A stretch of DNA of 20,000 bases from an uncultured Planctomycetaceae bacterium (GTDB lineage: Bacteria > Planctomycetota > Planctomycetia > Planctomycetales > Planctomycetaceae): positions 106,895-126,894 of the forward strand of contig CAXBME010000026.1 of assembly GCA_963976765.1 (NCBI GenBank), written 5' to 3'. Numbering within the stretch: the first letter of the stretch is position 1; every line of letters starts with the position of its first letter. The notes beneath the pieces are model-generated. The model was not told where the DNA came from. It did no database searches and saw nothing but the letters and a program-made list of their open reading frames with translations. The translations under genes and the position numbers were made by a program. Shown piece by piece: positions 1 to 9,351 of this stretch.

Positions 1-2168
1 CATTCACAGACGGTCGCGCGAACCGGACGCCCGAAAATGCTGAAAAAGTATGACGGCATGCGGTTATCCCAAATCTGGATCGCTCGATAGCCGTCCGGCC
101 AGCCGTTGAATTTCTCAGCGACACCGGTAGCCTGCGAGATCGCATCGAGCAGGGCCTCAGCGGGAATGGACTTATGCGCGGCGTGCGAAAAATTCTGCTG
201 GTCGTCGCGGTTCGAGTCGTTCGATGCGGAGCTCAGTTGATAAACACCCGACTTCAGCAGCGTCCGGGTAAACGCCCGCATGTCGAACTGGACGTCGACC
301 ATGTGCTGAGACAGCGCTTTCATCAGCGGTTCGTTCGTCGCCGGATTCGTTTCACGAATATCGTCAACCGGTTCGACAAGTCCCCGTCCCAGATAGTGAG
401 CCCAGATTCGGTTGGCGATGGCCTTCGAAAAGAATTCGTTGTCCGGCTGCGTCAACCAGTCGGCGAGCGCGACGCGGCGGTCGGACAGTTTGCTGACGTC
501 GATAGCGGCTGCTCCGAGCGCCCGTGCGGCAACCGGCTTGCCCGTGCGAGGATGCGGCAGGTCATTCCCGCCAAGCGACACAATTGCTTCAGTGCCGTTC
601 GGGAGTTTCTTTAGCTTGATTCCGGTGAAGAAACCGGCCAGTGCCGTGTAATCTTCCTGACTCCATCGTTCGGATGGGTGGTGATGGCACTGTGCGCACT
701 CGATACGGACTCCCAGAAGCAACTGGCTGACCGCTCGGCTCATCTCGTCGGGCTTCTTCAGAATCCTGTAGAACGCTCCCGGCCCTTCCGCCGTTGTGCT
801 GCCCTGAACGGTGAGCAGTTCGCGAGCCATCTGATCGAACGGAACATTCTGCTGGAAACTGTGTCTCAGCCAGCGTTGCATCGCGACGGTGCCCTGCGGG
901 GTGACGATCAGCTGGTCCGCTCGCAGAATGTCGAGCCACTTCATCGTCCAGTAATCAACGTACTCGTTGCGGCTGAGCAGTTCGTCGATCAGAAGGTCGC
1001 GTTTGTCCGGCGAATCATCTGCAAGGTATTTTCGAGCTTCGTTCGACGTCGGCAGCGTGCCGATTGTGTCGAGGTAGACTCGCCGCAGAAATTCCGAATC
1101 GCTGGCAGGAACGCCGGCATTGATTCCCAGGCGAGCCAACTGATCCCAGACCAGCTTATCGATGAAGTTTGCTTCCGCCGGTCTTTCTAAAGTGACACCA
1201 GGTCGCGGCAGCGTGACTCGACACGAAGTCACATGCCCGAGATACCGAACAAGAATCGCCGCCTCGCCGGGGATGTCACTGGCCTGAATCTGTCCTTGCT
1301 GGTCGACGTCGGCGATGGCAACCGCGTTGGACTCGTACTCGGCCTCAACGGTCACGCAACGCCTTGATCCGGAACGATCCACAGCCGTAACTCGGAGCTG
1401 CTGCGTTCCGCCGGCCAGCAGAATCTGCTCACCAGGTTCGACTTCGATGCTGACGATCTGACCGGTCTCTGACTCCTCAGAATCAAGTCGGGCACCTTCG
1501 CGAATCCACCTCAGCACTCGGTCATATCGATAACTGCCGGTGTCAATCTTACGGCCGCCTCCGTGTGGCTTCTGCGATGTTCCTTTCAGAAGAAGCAGAC
1601 TGTTTTCCGGTTGCGTAAGCGAAATGCGGCGGCCTTTTCCGTCTTTTATCAACGCCGCGTAATCGCTGGCGGCGTCGAACCCGAAGATGCTCAGTTTAAA
1701 ACCGTTCTGACCTTCTGCCTTGCCGTGGCAGCCTCCCGAGTTGCAGCGAGCCTTGGTCAGGATCGGAATGATTTCATTTCGAAACGAGACCGGATCGGGA
1801 TTCTCCTGCTTCACGACTTCGACAGGAACCCTCACGGTTTCGTCGCCGAGTGTCACCGCAATTTCTGTTTGCCCTTCGGAGCGAGGTCGGACAAGTGCTC
1901 CGTCAGGGACCGCAGCGACAGCTTCATCTGCGACAGTCAGCTGAACTTGGCTGGTGACATCGCGCCGGCCAGCTGCGGTTACGACCGAAACAATCAACTG
2001 CTGAGACGCTTCCGGGCTGTCCAGAACGATCGTCGTGGGACTGACAATCAGTTCGGCCGCGACGTCGGTTCTCGCGACTGTCACGAAAGAAAGCATCAGC
2101 CAGCACACCAGCCACGTTTGTGAACGAGACGACGACTGGCTACGAGTTGAAGTTCGACGAGGATGCAT
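1..2168 (-). CDS. DUF1549/DUF1553 (PSCyt2/PSD1) domain protein with N-terminal Ig-like segments; 3' end lies beyond the left edge
   Basis: Not in the ORF track (no stop in the window). Manual translation from ATG at 2168 gives MHPRRTS...WLVCWLMLSFVTVARTDVAAELIVSP (signal-like), VSFRNEIIPILTKARCNSGGCHGKAEGQNGFKLSIFGFD, PHGGGRKI, IECAQCHHHPSERW, and SIFGRPVRATVCE at the edge, all in one frame. These motifs are typical of this planctomycete family. Confidence 0.9.
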   Translation of the reverse strand, partial: MHPRRTSTRSQSSSRSQTWLVCWLMLSFVTVARTDVAAELIVSPTTIVLDSPEASQQLIVSVVTAAGRRDVTSQVQLTVADEAVAAVPDGALVRPRSEGQTEIAVTLGDETVRVPVEVVKQENPDPVSFRNEIIPILTKARCNSGGCHGKAEGQNGFKLSIFGFDAASDYAALIKDGKGRRISLTQPENSLLLLKGTSQKPHGGGRKIDTGSYRYDRVLRWIREGARLDSEESETGQIVSIEVEPGEQILLAGGTQQLRVTAVDRSGSRRCVTVEAEYESNAVAIADVDQQGQIQASDIPGEAAILVRYLGHVTSCRVTLPRPGVTLERPAEANFIDKLVWDQLARLGINAGVPASDSEFLRRVYLDTIGTLPTSNEARKYLADDSPDKRDLLIDELLSRNEYVDYWTMKWLDILRADQLIVTPQGTVAMQRWLRHSFQQNVPFDQMARELLTVQGSTTAEGPGAFYRILKKPDEMSRAVSQLLLGVRIECAQCHHHPSERWSQEDYTALAGFFTGIKLKKLPNGTEAIVSLGGNDLPHPRTGKPVAARALGAAAIDVSKLSDRRVALADWLTQPDNEFFSKAIANRIWAHYLGRGLVEPVDDIRETNPATNEPLMKALSQHMVDVQFDMRAFTRTLLKSGVYQLSSASNDSNRDDQQNFSHAAHKSIPAEALLDAISQATGVAEKFNGWPDGYRAIQIWDNRMPSYFFSIFGRPVRATVCE

Positions 2169-2314
2169 CAGGCAACCCTGCGTACGCGGGAGGAATTTCG
2201 TGGGGAAACGATGGCAGGAATAAGCCTTCTACTTTGACCGGAATCGCCGGGTACGACAACGTCGGCTCCAATAATCAGCTGTCTGCCACCGTCGAAAAGA
2301 TTATCGTCTGCCGT

Positions 2315-2593
2315 ATGGCAGAGCCCCAACAGAAACAATGGTTCTTTTATCTCGCACGATGTGCCGACGGTTCGCTGTACTCGGGCATCGCCGTCGACCC
2401 GGTCAAACGGATGGACGTTCACAATGCAGGAAAAGGGGCACGCTACACGCGCAGCCGGCTTCCGGTCGTGATGGTCTATTCAGAGCCGCTGCCAGATCAG
2501 TCGTCTGCATTAAAACGCGAGGCCCTCGTCCGGAAGTGGAGTCGCCAGAAAAAGGAAGCCCTGATCGCCAGCACGCTGAGCGGCGAAGCCTGA
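2315..2593 (+). CDS. GIY-YIG nuclease family protein (UPF0213/YhbQ-like), 92 aa
   Basis: WFFYLARCADGSLYSGIAVD..KRMDVHNAGKGARYTRSRLPV..VYSE...SSALKRE...KKEALI. The ATG at 2315 is preferred over the track start at 2120, which overlaps the divergent gene. Confidence 0.9.
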   Translation: MAEPQQKQWFFYLARCADGSLYSGIAVDPVKRMDVHNAGKGARYTRSRLPVVMVYSEPLPDQSSALKREALVRKWSRQKKEALIASTLSGEA

Positions 2594-2786
2594 TCAGTGA
2601 TCTGTGCGTAAAACAGAAGTTGCTAAGGCGAAATTGACCACCGACCAACCAGCAGCGGAAGACGCTTTCCGTCGCGCGAACAATGCGTCATCCTGCGCGA
2701 TCTAATGTCTGACCAATTCTTACCTCAGATGTCATTTGCCTGTCCTGATTCCGTACTTCACCTGCTAAGTTTCGCCGAGCCGCACC

Positions 2787-3371
2787 ATGATCTTTGTTCT
2801 CGATAATTACGACTCGTTTACTTACAACCTGGTCCAGCGACTGGGTGAGATCGATTCGTCGCTCGATATTCAGGTCGCACGAAATGACCAGATTACGCTG
2901 AAAGAAATCGCGGACCTCTCTCCCGAGCGGATCATCATTTCACCGGGCCCGTGTACGCCTAATGAAGCCGGTCTTTCGCGAGCGGTCATTGAGGAATTCG
3001 GTCCGAAGGTTCCAGTCCTCGGTGTTTGCCTGGGGCATCAATGCATCGCCGAGGTCTACGGTGCAAAAGTCATCCGCCACGAACGACTGATGCACGGCAA
3101 GGTTTCCCCGATCCTGCACGACGGGCGCGGCGTTTTCGCCGGGATCGAGTCTCCCTGCCAGGCCACTCGATATCACAGCCTGATCGCGCCGGAAGACTCA
3201 CTGCCCGACTGCCTGGAAGTTACCGCCTGGACCGAGTGGGAAGGTCACCCTCGCGAAATCATGGGCCTCCGCCACCGCAAGTTCTGCGTGCACGGAGTCC
3301 AGTTTCACCCGGAAAGCTATCTCACCGCTGACCAGGGAATTCAGATGCTGCGAAACTTCCTGGCGTTCTAA
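2787..3371 (+). CDS. trpG: Anthranilate/aminodeoxychorismate synthase component II (class I glutamine amidotransferase, TrpG/PabA)
   Basis: [29 protein letters not shown] (catalytic Cys), [17 protein letters not shown] (His-Glu). TrpG and PabA cannot be told apart from sequence alone. Confidence 0.93.
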   Translation: MIFVLDNYDSFTYNLVQRLGEIDSSLDIQVARNDQITLKEIADLSPERIIISPGPCTPNEAGLSRAVIEEFGPKVPVLGVCLGHQCIAEVYGAKVIRHERLMHGKVSPILHDGRGVFAGIESPCQATRYHSLIAPEDSLPDCLEVTAWTEWEGHPREIMGLRHRKFCVHGVQFHPESYLTADQGIQMLRNFLAF

Positions 3372-3403
3372 ATCGCTCAACTGTCAACAGGTGACCGACC
3401 CGG

Positions 3404-3474
3404 ACGCAAAGCCGCAGAGATTTGCAAAGCTATTCTGTGGCTCAGATCCTTTGCGGGCCTCTGCGACGTTGCGT
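3404..3474. repeat. Imperfect inverted repeat (REP-like or bidirectional terminator) between convergent genes
   Basis: ACGCAAAGCCGCAGAG (3404-3419) matches the reverse complement of CTCTGCGACGTTGCGT (3459-3474) at 14/16 positions. It lies between the stops of trpG and the reductase. Confidence 0.6.
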
Positions 3475-3495
3475 TATACCGCTTTTGAACTCGGC

Positions 3496-4452
3496 TCAGT
3501 CCAGCTTGCCACTGACATGGCTGATCGACGGGAATCCGTGTTGCTCGCGGTGATAGCCTGAGTCGTAAAACTGGGTGCTCTTAAACCATTCCAGGCGACC
3601 GTCGAGTGATTTGTCGCGGACCTGATTCTGCAGGCCGACCATTTCGTCACCGGTCATCTGCTGAAAGTTGCGGGCGATCTCCAGATCCTGCTGTAAATTT
3701 TCCGGCGACTGAATGCCGGAAACCAGTGTGCTGATCGGCAGCGACATCGCATACGCGCGGCATTGATACGGAGTGAGTCCCGCGTCGGTGATCAGTTGCC
3801 CTTCGCCGCCGAGACTCTTCATGCCGATGCACCCAATGCCCCGCTCATTGAGGATTGGCAGGATCTCTTTCTGAAAGCTTCGATAGTGAGCGTCCAGGAC
3901 GTTGGTCGGCATTTGAACGGTGTCCCACTCGAAGTCCTGGCTCAACATCTTCCTGAAGATGTCCGGGTGTTTGTGCCCGGTGAAACCAATCAACCGAACC
4001 TTCCCAGCCTTGCGAGCTGCCTCGGCAGCAGCGAGTGCTCCATCGACGGCGCAGATCCAGTCGGGATCGTTGTCGTAAATCACTTCGTGAAACTGCCACA
4101 CGTCGATGACGTCGGTCTTCAGCCGCTGTAGGCTGGTTTCGAGTTGTTCGGTGGCAGTTTTCCGGTCTCGCGCACAGACCTTGGTCATCAGAGTCACTTT
4201 GTCACGACGTCCGCCTTCCAGTGCAATGCCCATCCGACGTTCGGATTCGCCGCCGTGGTACTCCCACGCGTTATCGAAGAATGAAATCCCGGAGTCGACC
4301 GCTTCGTGAACCAGCCGGACCGAGTCCGCTTCGGCGAGATGTTTGCGACAGAAATGTCCGCCACCGAAGCCCAGAATCGACACTTTGATGTCGCTTCGTC
4401 CAAGGTTTCGAATCGGGATGCCAGCGGCGTTTCGTTCGAGCAAGTCTGACAT
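3496..4452 (-). CDS. Aldo/keto reductase
   Basis: RNLGRSDIKVSILGFGG, GISFFDNAWEYHGGESERRMG, LMTKV, LETSLQRLKTDVIDVWQFHE, GKVRLIGFTGH, GIGCIGMKSLG. AKR catalytic Asp/Tyr/Lys/His are present. Confidence 0.92.
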   Translation of the reverse strand: MSDLLERNAAGIPIRNLGRSDIKVSILGFGGGHFCRKHLAEADSVRLVHEAVDSGISFFDNAWEYHGGESERRMGIALEGGRRDKVTLMTKVCARDRKTATEQLETSLQRLKTDVIDVWQFHEVIYDNDPDWICAVDGALAAAEAARKAGKVRLIGFTGHKHPDIFRKMLSQDFEWDTVQMPTNVLDAHYRSFQKEILPILNERGIGCIGMKSLGGEGQLITDAGLTPYQCRAYAMSLPISTLVSGIQSPENLQQDLEIARNFQQMTGDEMVGLQNQVRDKSLDGRLEWFKSTQFYDSGYHREQHGFPSISHVSGKLD

Positions 4453-4666
4453 GGGTGTTCCTTCCAGTCGTCATTCTTTGATGTCGCGGTGTGGTCCGTC
4501 ACGCGATTCATTCACGAGCGGAAAGCTATCCTGTTGCCGGCCGCGGTCTCAACCGGATGGTCTGTTTTGGATTCCGATGCTGCAAAATCCCAATCAAAAC
4601 GGCACTGAGCGGTGCCAGTTACCGCGGGGAATACACATTTTCTTTTTGAATCCTTGAGTTTGCGGC

Positions 4667-4693
4667 GTCACAAATCTGCGTTAATCCTGTACT
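4667..4693 (+). promoter_or_regulatory. Possible ECF-sigma-type promoter (GTCACA-N15-TGTACT) upstream of the kinase
   Basis: Bipartite motif about 75 nt upstream of the kinase ATG. The assignment is inference from general ECF promoter layout. Confidence 0.25.
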
Positions 4694-4768
4694 GATCGGT
4701 AAGTCTCCATTTGCAAGTCATTCAACAATCAGGCTTGCTGACGCCAGTTCCGCCGGAAATCAGCCACC

Positions 4769-6205
4769 ATGAATCAGCTTCGAACATGCCCCGAGTGTGG
4801 AACGACAATCACCGAGACTTCGGAAGCGGAACTTTGCCCCGGTTGTCTGCTCAAAATGGCGACGAACGATTCGGTCGTCGATCCCGATTTCGAACAGACA
4901 CAAATTACGCCAGGAAAAAAGAAGCAGCGATTTGACGCTCCGGAAGCCGACGAACTGAATGCTCTGTTTCCGAATCTGGAGATTCTTGAACTGATCGGTC
5001 GTGGTGGAATGGGGGCCGTCTACAAAGCTCGTCAGCCAGACCTCGACCGGTTTGTCGCTGTGAAGATTCTGCCTCGCGAGATTCAGGGGGATCCCGGATT
5101 CGGCGATCGTTTCCTGAGAGAAGCACGCACTCTGGCAAAGCTCAATCATCCAAACATTGTCGCCGTTTACGACTTTGGTCAGATTGAGGAACTCTTCTAC
5201 TTCGTCATGGAATTCGTCGACGGAGTCACTCTTCGAGATACGATTACCGCTGGCAGTGTGGCTCCGGAAGAAGCTCTCCGAATTATCCCCGACCTGTGTG
5301 ACGCGCTGCAGTTCGCTCACGAAGAAGGCGTCGTTCATCGCGACATCAAACCGGAAAACATCCTCCTGGACAAACGGGGAAGAGTGAAGATTGCTGACTT
5401 CGGTCTCGCCAAACTGCTGAAAGGCGACGGCGACGATGATGAGCACCTGACCGGCACTCACCAGGTGATGGGCACTTTGAAATACATGGCGCCCGAGCAG
5501 ATGGCAACGTCACGGAACGTCGATCACCGTGCAGACATCTATTCACTGGGTGTCGTCTTTTACGAACTTCTAACGGGCGATCTACCCGTCGGCTGGTTTG
5601 CTCCGCCGTCAAAAAAAGTGGCCGTCGACGTGCGCCTCGACGAAGTCGTGCTGCGGACTCTGGAAGCTGAACCTTCCAGACGTTATCAGCACGCCAGCGA
5701 GGTCAAGTCGGCTGTCAAGCAGTTGTCGTCTGAATCGATCGTCCCGCTCGTCGCACCGCCGACCGTGGGGGGGCAGGGCGGCATCCGCATCCATAAACTG
5801 TTGGACAACACCGAGACAAAATACCGCACACGCCATCACCTCGTACTGATCGCATCGTTGATGCTGATACCGATCTCATTCCCCATCTTCCGTGAAAATT
5901 TCCTTCTGGGGCTCGCGACCCTGGCAACCTCGCTCGCGCTGTTCATTCGGGCTGTCAGAATCAAGAAGCACCTGGTCTGGGAAACCACTTACAAAGGCCA
6001 CACGATCAGGCTCGACTGCAGCAGCATGTTTGCCGAGCAAATTTACCTTGATGATGGACTGGTTCAACGAGGCGGCTTCGGATCAAAGATGGAATTCCGC
6101 ACGAAAATCAAAGCGGGAGATGGTCTGGGCGATGAAATTATTATCTGGTTCGATGCTCAATTCAGATACTGCCGCTGCCGGATCGACGTCGAAGAGCAGA
6201 TGTAG
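4769..6205 (+). CDS. Hanks-type Ser/Thr protein kinase with N-terminal Zn-ribbon (CPECG...CPGC) and two C-terminal TM helices
   Basis: IGRGGMGAVY, VAVK, HPNIV, HRDIKPEN, DFG, GTLKYMAPE, DIYSLG. Hydrophobic segments LVLIASLMLIPISFPIF and FLLGLATLATSLALFI. Confidence 0.95.
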   Translation: MNQLRTCPECGTTITETSEAELCPGCLLKMATNDSVVDPDFEQTQITPGKKKQRFDAPEADELNALFPNLEILELIGRGGMGAVYKARQPDLDRFVAVKILPREIQGDPGFGDRFLREARTLAKLNHPNIVAVYDFGQIEELFYFVMEFVDGVTLRDTITAGSVAPEEALRIIPDLCDALQFAHEEGVVHRDIKPENILLDKRGRVKIADFGLAKLLKGDGDDDEHLTGTHQVMGTLKYMAPEQMATSRNVDHRADIYSLGVVFYELLTGDLPVGWFAPPSKKVAVDVRLDEVVLRTLEAEPSRRYQHASEVKSAVKQLSSESIVPLVAPPTVGGQGGIRIHKLLDNTETKYRTRHHLVLIASLMLIPISFPIFRENFLLGLATLATSLALFIRAVRIKKHLVWETTYKGHTIRLDCSSMFAEQIYLDDGLVQRGGFGSKMEFRTKIKAGDGLGDEIIIWFDAQFRYCRCRIDVEEQM

Positions 6206-6319
6206 CGAAACGAGCGATGAGTCAACGTCAGGGCAGAAACGTGGCTTTCTGGCAAAAGCTGGGACACGTCCGAGCCTGCGTCACTCGGGAGTGCAGACGC
6301 TGGTGCCTGAGAGCTTGTT

Positions 6320-9271
6320 TTAACGGTTCGGAAGCAGCTTTCGAAACACTGTCAGGATTGCCGGCAGCGTCACCAGCGAGACAAACAGGCAGCTGCCGAC
6401 TCCAATGACGAGGACCAGACCGACGCTGTAGAGGCCTCGGTGAGCTGCGATCATCATGCTGCCGAAGCCGATCATCGACGTCAGCGAGGTCAGCACGATT
6501 GCGTTCATCGTGCTGGGTGATAGTCGGTAGCCGTCATGTTGAGAGTGGAAGTCGTGCAGAACGTGGACGCCGTCGTCGACTCCAATGCCCAGAATCAATG
6601 GCAGCAGAATCAGATTCGCGGGGTTAAAGCTGAGACCCAGTATCGACAGGGCTCCATACGAAAGCAGACCGCCCAATAGTGGCGGAACGAGAGCAAGGAT
6701 TGTGAAGACGACGCTGCGAAAATTCAGCACCGCCGAAATGGACATCATCAGCGACATGAACGACCCAAGTAGAATCCACCAGTCGACGTTGCCAGTTCTC
6801 GAATACTGAGCAGCGGCGACGCAGCCAGTGATGATGATCGACGGGAGCAGTGTCCTGAGTGCTCCGTCTGGTCCCAGGAAGTTGATCAGCAGGACGATCG
6901 TGATGACGACAATCGCGTAAACCGCCGCGTGCTGATAACTCTGCATGATCTGTTGCGATGCTTCGTAGTTCTGCAGCGGCGTGCCGGTCACTTCGGGGTC
7001 GACCGTTCGCACATCGTTCACGAATGCTCGCAGCGGGTCGATGTCCCAGATCGGCTTCTTCGGGTAAATCTGCAACAGCCAACGACCGTCGCTGCTGACA
7101 AATCTCGACGCCAATGGCGCGGGGAGATCTTTGACGGTGACCGGTTCCGGATCAGCGGACCCGGCCAGCAAAGTCATCTGAGTCAGCAACGATGCCGTCA
7201 GTCGCTGTTGATACTCGGAGAGTACGATCAACTGGTCTTCCAGTTCCAACAGATCCAGTGCATCCAGAAGTCGGTCAATTGAGGCGGCCGCTGATTCTGC
7301 CTGGGGATGGTCCAGGTCATTGAGGCGGGTCAGCAGTTGTTCGAGCATGCGACCAACAAGGTTCGGGTTGATCACCGGTGGCGGTGGCATTTCCAGCGGC
7401 AGTCGGCTCAGCTGCGCGTTGAAGCCCTGAATTAACAACTCAGTCTGTTCGGGAGGAAACTCTGGAAGTCTCGTCGCCAGTTCTTCGACATGGTCCACCG
7501 ACGAAAGTTTTTCGAAGCGGGCCTTGAGTTGTCGAGCGTCGCTGGCGGATTTTGCGACGGAAACAGCAAAGAGCAGCGAGCCTTTTCCTGAACGATCTGA
7601 GGCGTTGCTGGCGTTGAAAATTCGTCGCTGGATTTCGACGGACTCCAGCCCGTCGGCCTGCAGATTCAGCAGGTTGTAATCGTAGGCGACACCCGATTGC
7701 AGGCGACCGTCGCGGAGAACGATTCCCCGGCTGCCGACCATAAAGATTGCGATCAGCGACAGCAGCGCTACCGATCCAGGAAATCGATGGATCATCGATC
7801 TGAATGCGGCCCCCTGAAACGGAGTTGGCAATGCCTGATGTTCCAATCCACGATCGGCGACGACCACCAGAGCAGGCAGGACGAGAAACGTCGCGGCAGT
7901 GCAGATCAGCACTCCGCTGCCAGCGATCAGGCCAAGTTCGGCAACCCCCAGAAACTCGGTGAACGACGCACAGTAAAACGCCAGCGACGTTGTGACTGCT
8001 GCGGTGACGATGCCGACACCGACCCCTGCTGAACTGTCCGATAAAGCAGCACCAAGACCTTCGCCGTGATGCCGAAGTTCGAGATACCTTGCGAGGTAGT
8101 GAATCGCAAAATCGATGCCCAGGCCGATCAGAATCGCGGCGAAGGAAACAGACAGAATGTTGAGATGCCCGATCGCTACCGTTGTAAAACCGAATGTCCA
8201 GCTCATTCCCACCGCCAGCATGACCATAGCCAGCAGAGGATGCTTCCAGCCTCGAAAACCGACCAGCAGGAAAATGCCGACAATCACAAACGAAAGGATC
8301 GACGCTCGAATCATGTCACTCTGCGAGCGACGCATTTCATCGTTTTCAAGCACTGGTATCCCGGTCAGGCCGACGTTGACTTCCGGGTGCCGGGATCGAA
8401 TATCGGAGATCAGTTGACGGAGTCGATCAATCGATCTCGTCGCACCGTTGAAATCTCCTTCCCGCTGAATCGGCCTCGCTTTGAGGAACCCGATCGTGCC
8501 GGACTCACTCAACAGGTAAACGACATCGCCACTTTCGCGTTGAAGTTCCGGATCGACCGACACGACCTGCGGCCACGGGCTGATGAATTTGTTCTGAGTC
8601 ACAAAGAAGTCGATGCTCGACGCCAGCCGCTCCGTCTGAGTGACGCTGTCAGCCAGCTTCTGTTCGATGTTTGTGATCTCCGTCGGAGTCAACGGCACAT
8701 CGTCGTCAGCAGCTGAATCTGAAACCGGCGCCAGCTTTTTGATCAGGCCGTCAATTCGAATCAGCATGGACGTGGCCAGCAGATCCAGACGAAGTCGATT
8801 CCAGCCGCCGTTCAGGATCGGTCGGAATTCTTCAAGATGCCGCAGACCCTGCTCAAGCTGAGCCGGGCTCAGGTACTGCAGCCCTTTGCGTTTCAGACTG
8901 CCGGTTTCGACTTTGAAGAGTACCTGGTCAAACAGCTCCGGTTCGGCATTAAGTTGACCTCCGAGGTCTTCCAGCAGAGCCTTGATCGCGTCCGGATTCT
9001 TGCCCTCGACGACGACTACAAGGTCGGAGCTGTCGCCGAACGATTCCGTAAAGCTGGTCCATCGGCGGTGGAAGTCAGCGGTTGGATCAATCAAATCCGA
9101 ACGCTGCGTACGAAACTCGATGAACACGACAGTAGTCAGAACGGCAGCGATCGCTGACAGCGCGGTCACGGCCAGAGTGAGAAGGGGACGCGAACAAGCA
9201 GCTTCGGTAATTGCGCGCAGCGGCTTACTGAGATGAAACGGGCGAGCGTTGTCGGTCCGTTCTTGCTGCAT
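6320..9271 (-). CDS. MMPL/RND family transporter, similar to hopanoid-associated HpnN
   Basis: 983 aa in two RND halves. Motifs RSDLID, GLTGIPVLENDE, ILIGLGIDFAIHYLARY, GVAELGLIAG, YDYNLLNLQ, ILGIGVDDGVHVLH, TSLTSMIGFGSM. Confidence 0.88.
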   Translation of the reverse strand: MQQERTDNARPFHLSKPLRAITEAACSRPLLTLAVTALSAIAAVLTTVVFIEFRTQRSDLIDPTADFHRRWTSFTESFGDSSDLVVVVEGKNPDAIKALLEDLGGQLNAEPELFDQVLFKVETGSLKRKGLQYLSPAQLEQGLRHLEEFRPILNGGWNRLRLDLLATSMLIRIDGLIKKLAPVSDSAADDDVPLTPTEITNIEQKLADSVTQTERLASSIDFFVTQNKFISPWPQVVSVDPELQRESGDVVYLLSESGTIGFLKARPIQREGDFNGATRSIDRLRQLISDIRSRHPEVNVGLTGIPVLENDEMRRSQSDMIRASILSFVIVGIFLLVGFRGWKHPLLAMVMLAVGMSWTFGFTTVAIGHLNILSVSFAAILIGLGIDFAIHYLARYLELRHHGEGLGAALSDSSAGVGVGIVTAAVTTSLAFYCASFTEFLGVAELGLIAGSGVLICTAATFLVLPALVVVADRGLEHQALPTPFQGAAFRSMIHRFPGSVALLSLIAIFMVGSRGIVLRDGRLQSGVAYDYNLLNLQADGLESVEIQRRIFNASNASDRSGKGSLLFAVSVAKSASDARQLKARFEKLSSVDHVEELATRLPEFPPEQTELLIQGFNAQLSRLPLEMPPPPVINPNLVGRMLEQLLTRLNDLDHPQAESAAASIDRLLDALDLLELEDQLIVLSEYQQRLTASLLTQMTLLAGSADPEPVTVKDLPAPLASRFVSSDGRWLLQIYPKKPIWDIDPLRAFVNDVRTVDPEVTGTPLQNYEASQQIMQSYQHAAVYAIVVITIVLLINFLGPDGALRTLLPSIIITGCVAAAQYSRTGNVDWWILLGSFMSLMMSISAVLNFRSVVFTILALVPPLLGGLLSYGALSILGLSFNPANLILLPLILGIGVDDGVHVLHDFHSQHDGYRLSPSTMNAIVLTSLTSMIGFGSMMIAAHRGLYSVGLVLVIGVGSCLFVSLVTLPAILTVFRKLLPNR

Positions 9272-9351
9272 GCATCTATTCGTGTCTGGTCAGGGCCGGA
9301 GCCGAAGATTCTGGTATGTCGATGAGCTTGCTGCTGAGTGGTCAGCGACGC

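Noticed and set aside
174..2123. Several + strand ORFs (146, 170, 186 aa and others)
   Set aside because: Antisense shadows of the minus-strand DUF1549/1553 gene with no recognisable motifs.
2120..2314. 65-aa N-terminal extension of the GIY-YIG ORF
   Set aside because: Overlaps the start of the divergent gene; family similarity begins at Met 2315.
2315..2593. GIY-YIG gene as a homing endonuclease or mobile element
   Set aside because: Short stand-alone UPF0213 type with no intron, DNA-binding extension or flanking repeats.
3395..3430. GGACGCAAAGCC resembling part of a c-di-GMP-I riboswitch
   Set aside because: Lacks the upstream GGCAAA/GAAA stem and lies between convergent 3' ends.
4760..5461. 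233-aa minus-strand ORF
   Set aside because: Antisense to the kinase domain; a common shadow ORF.
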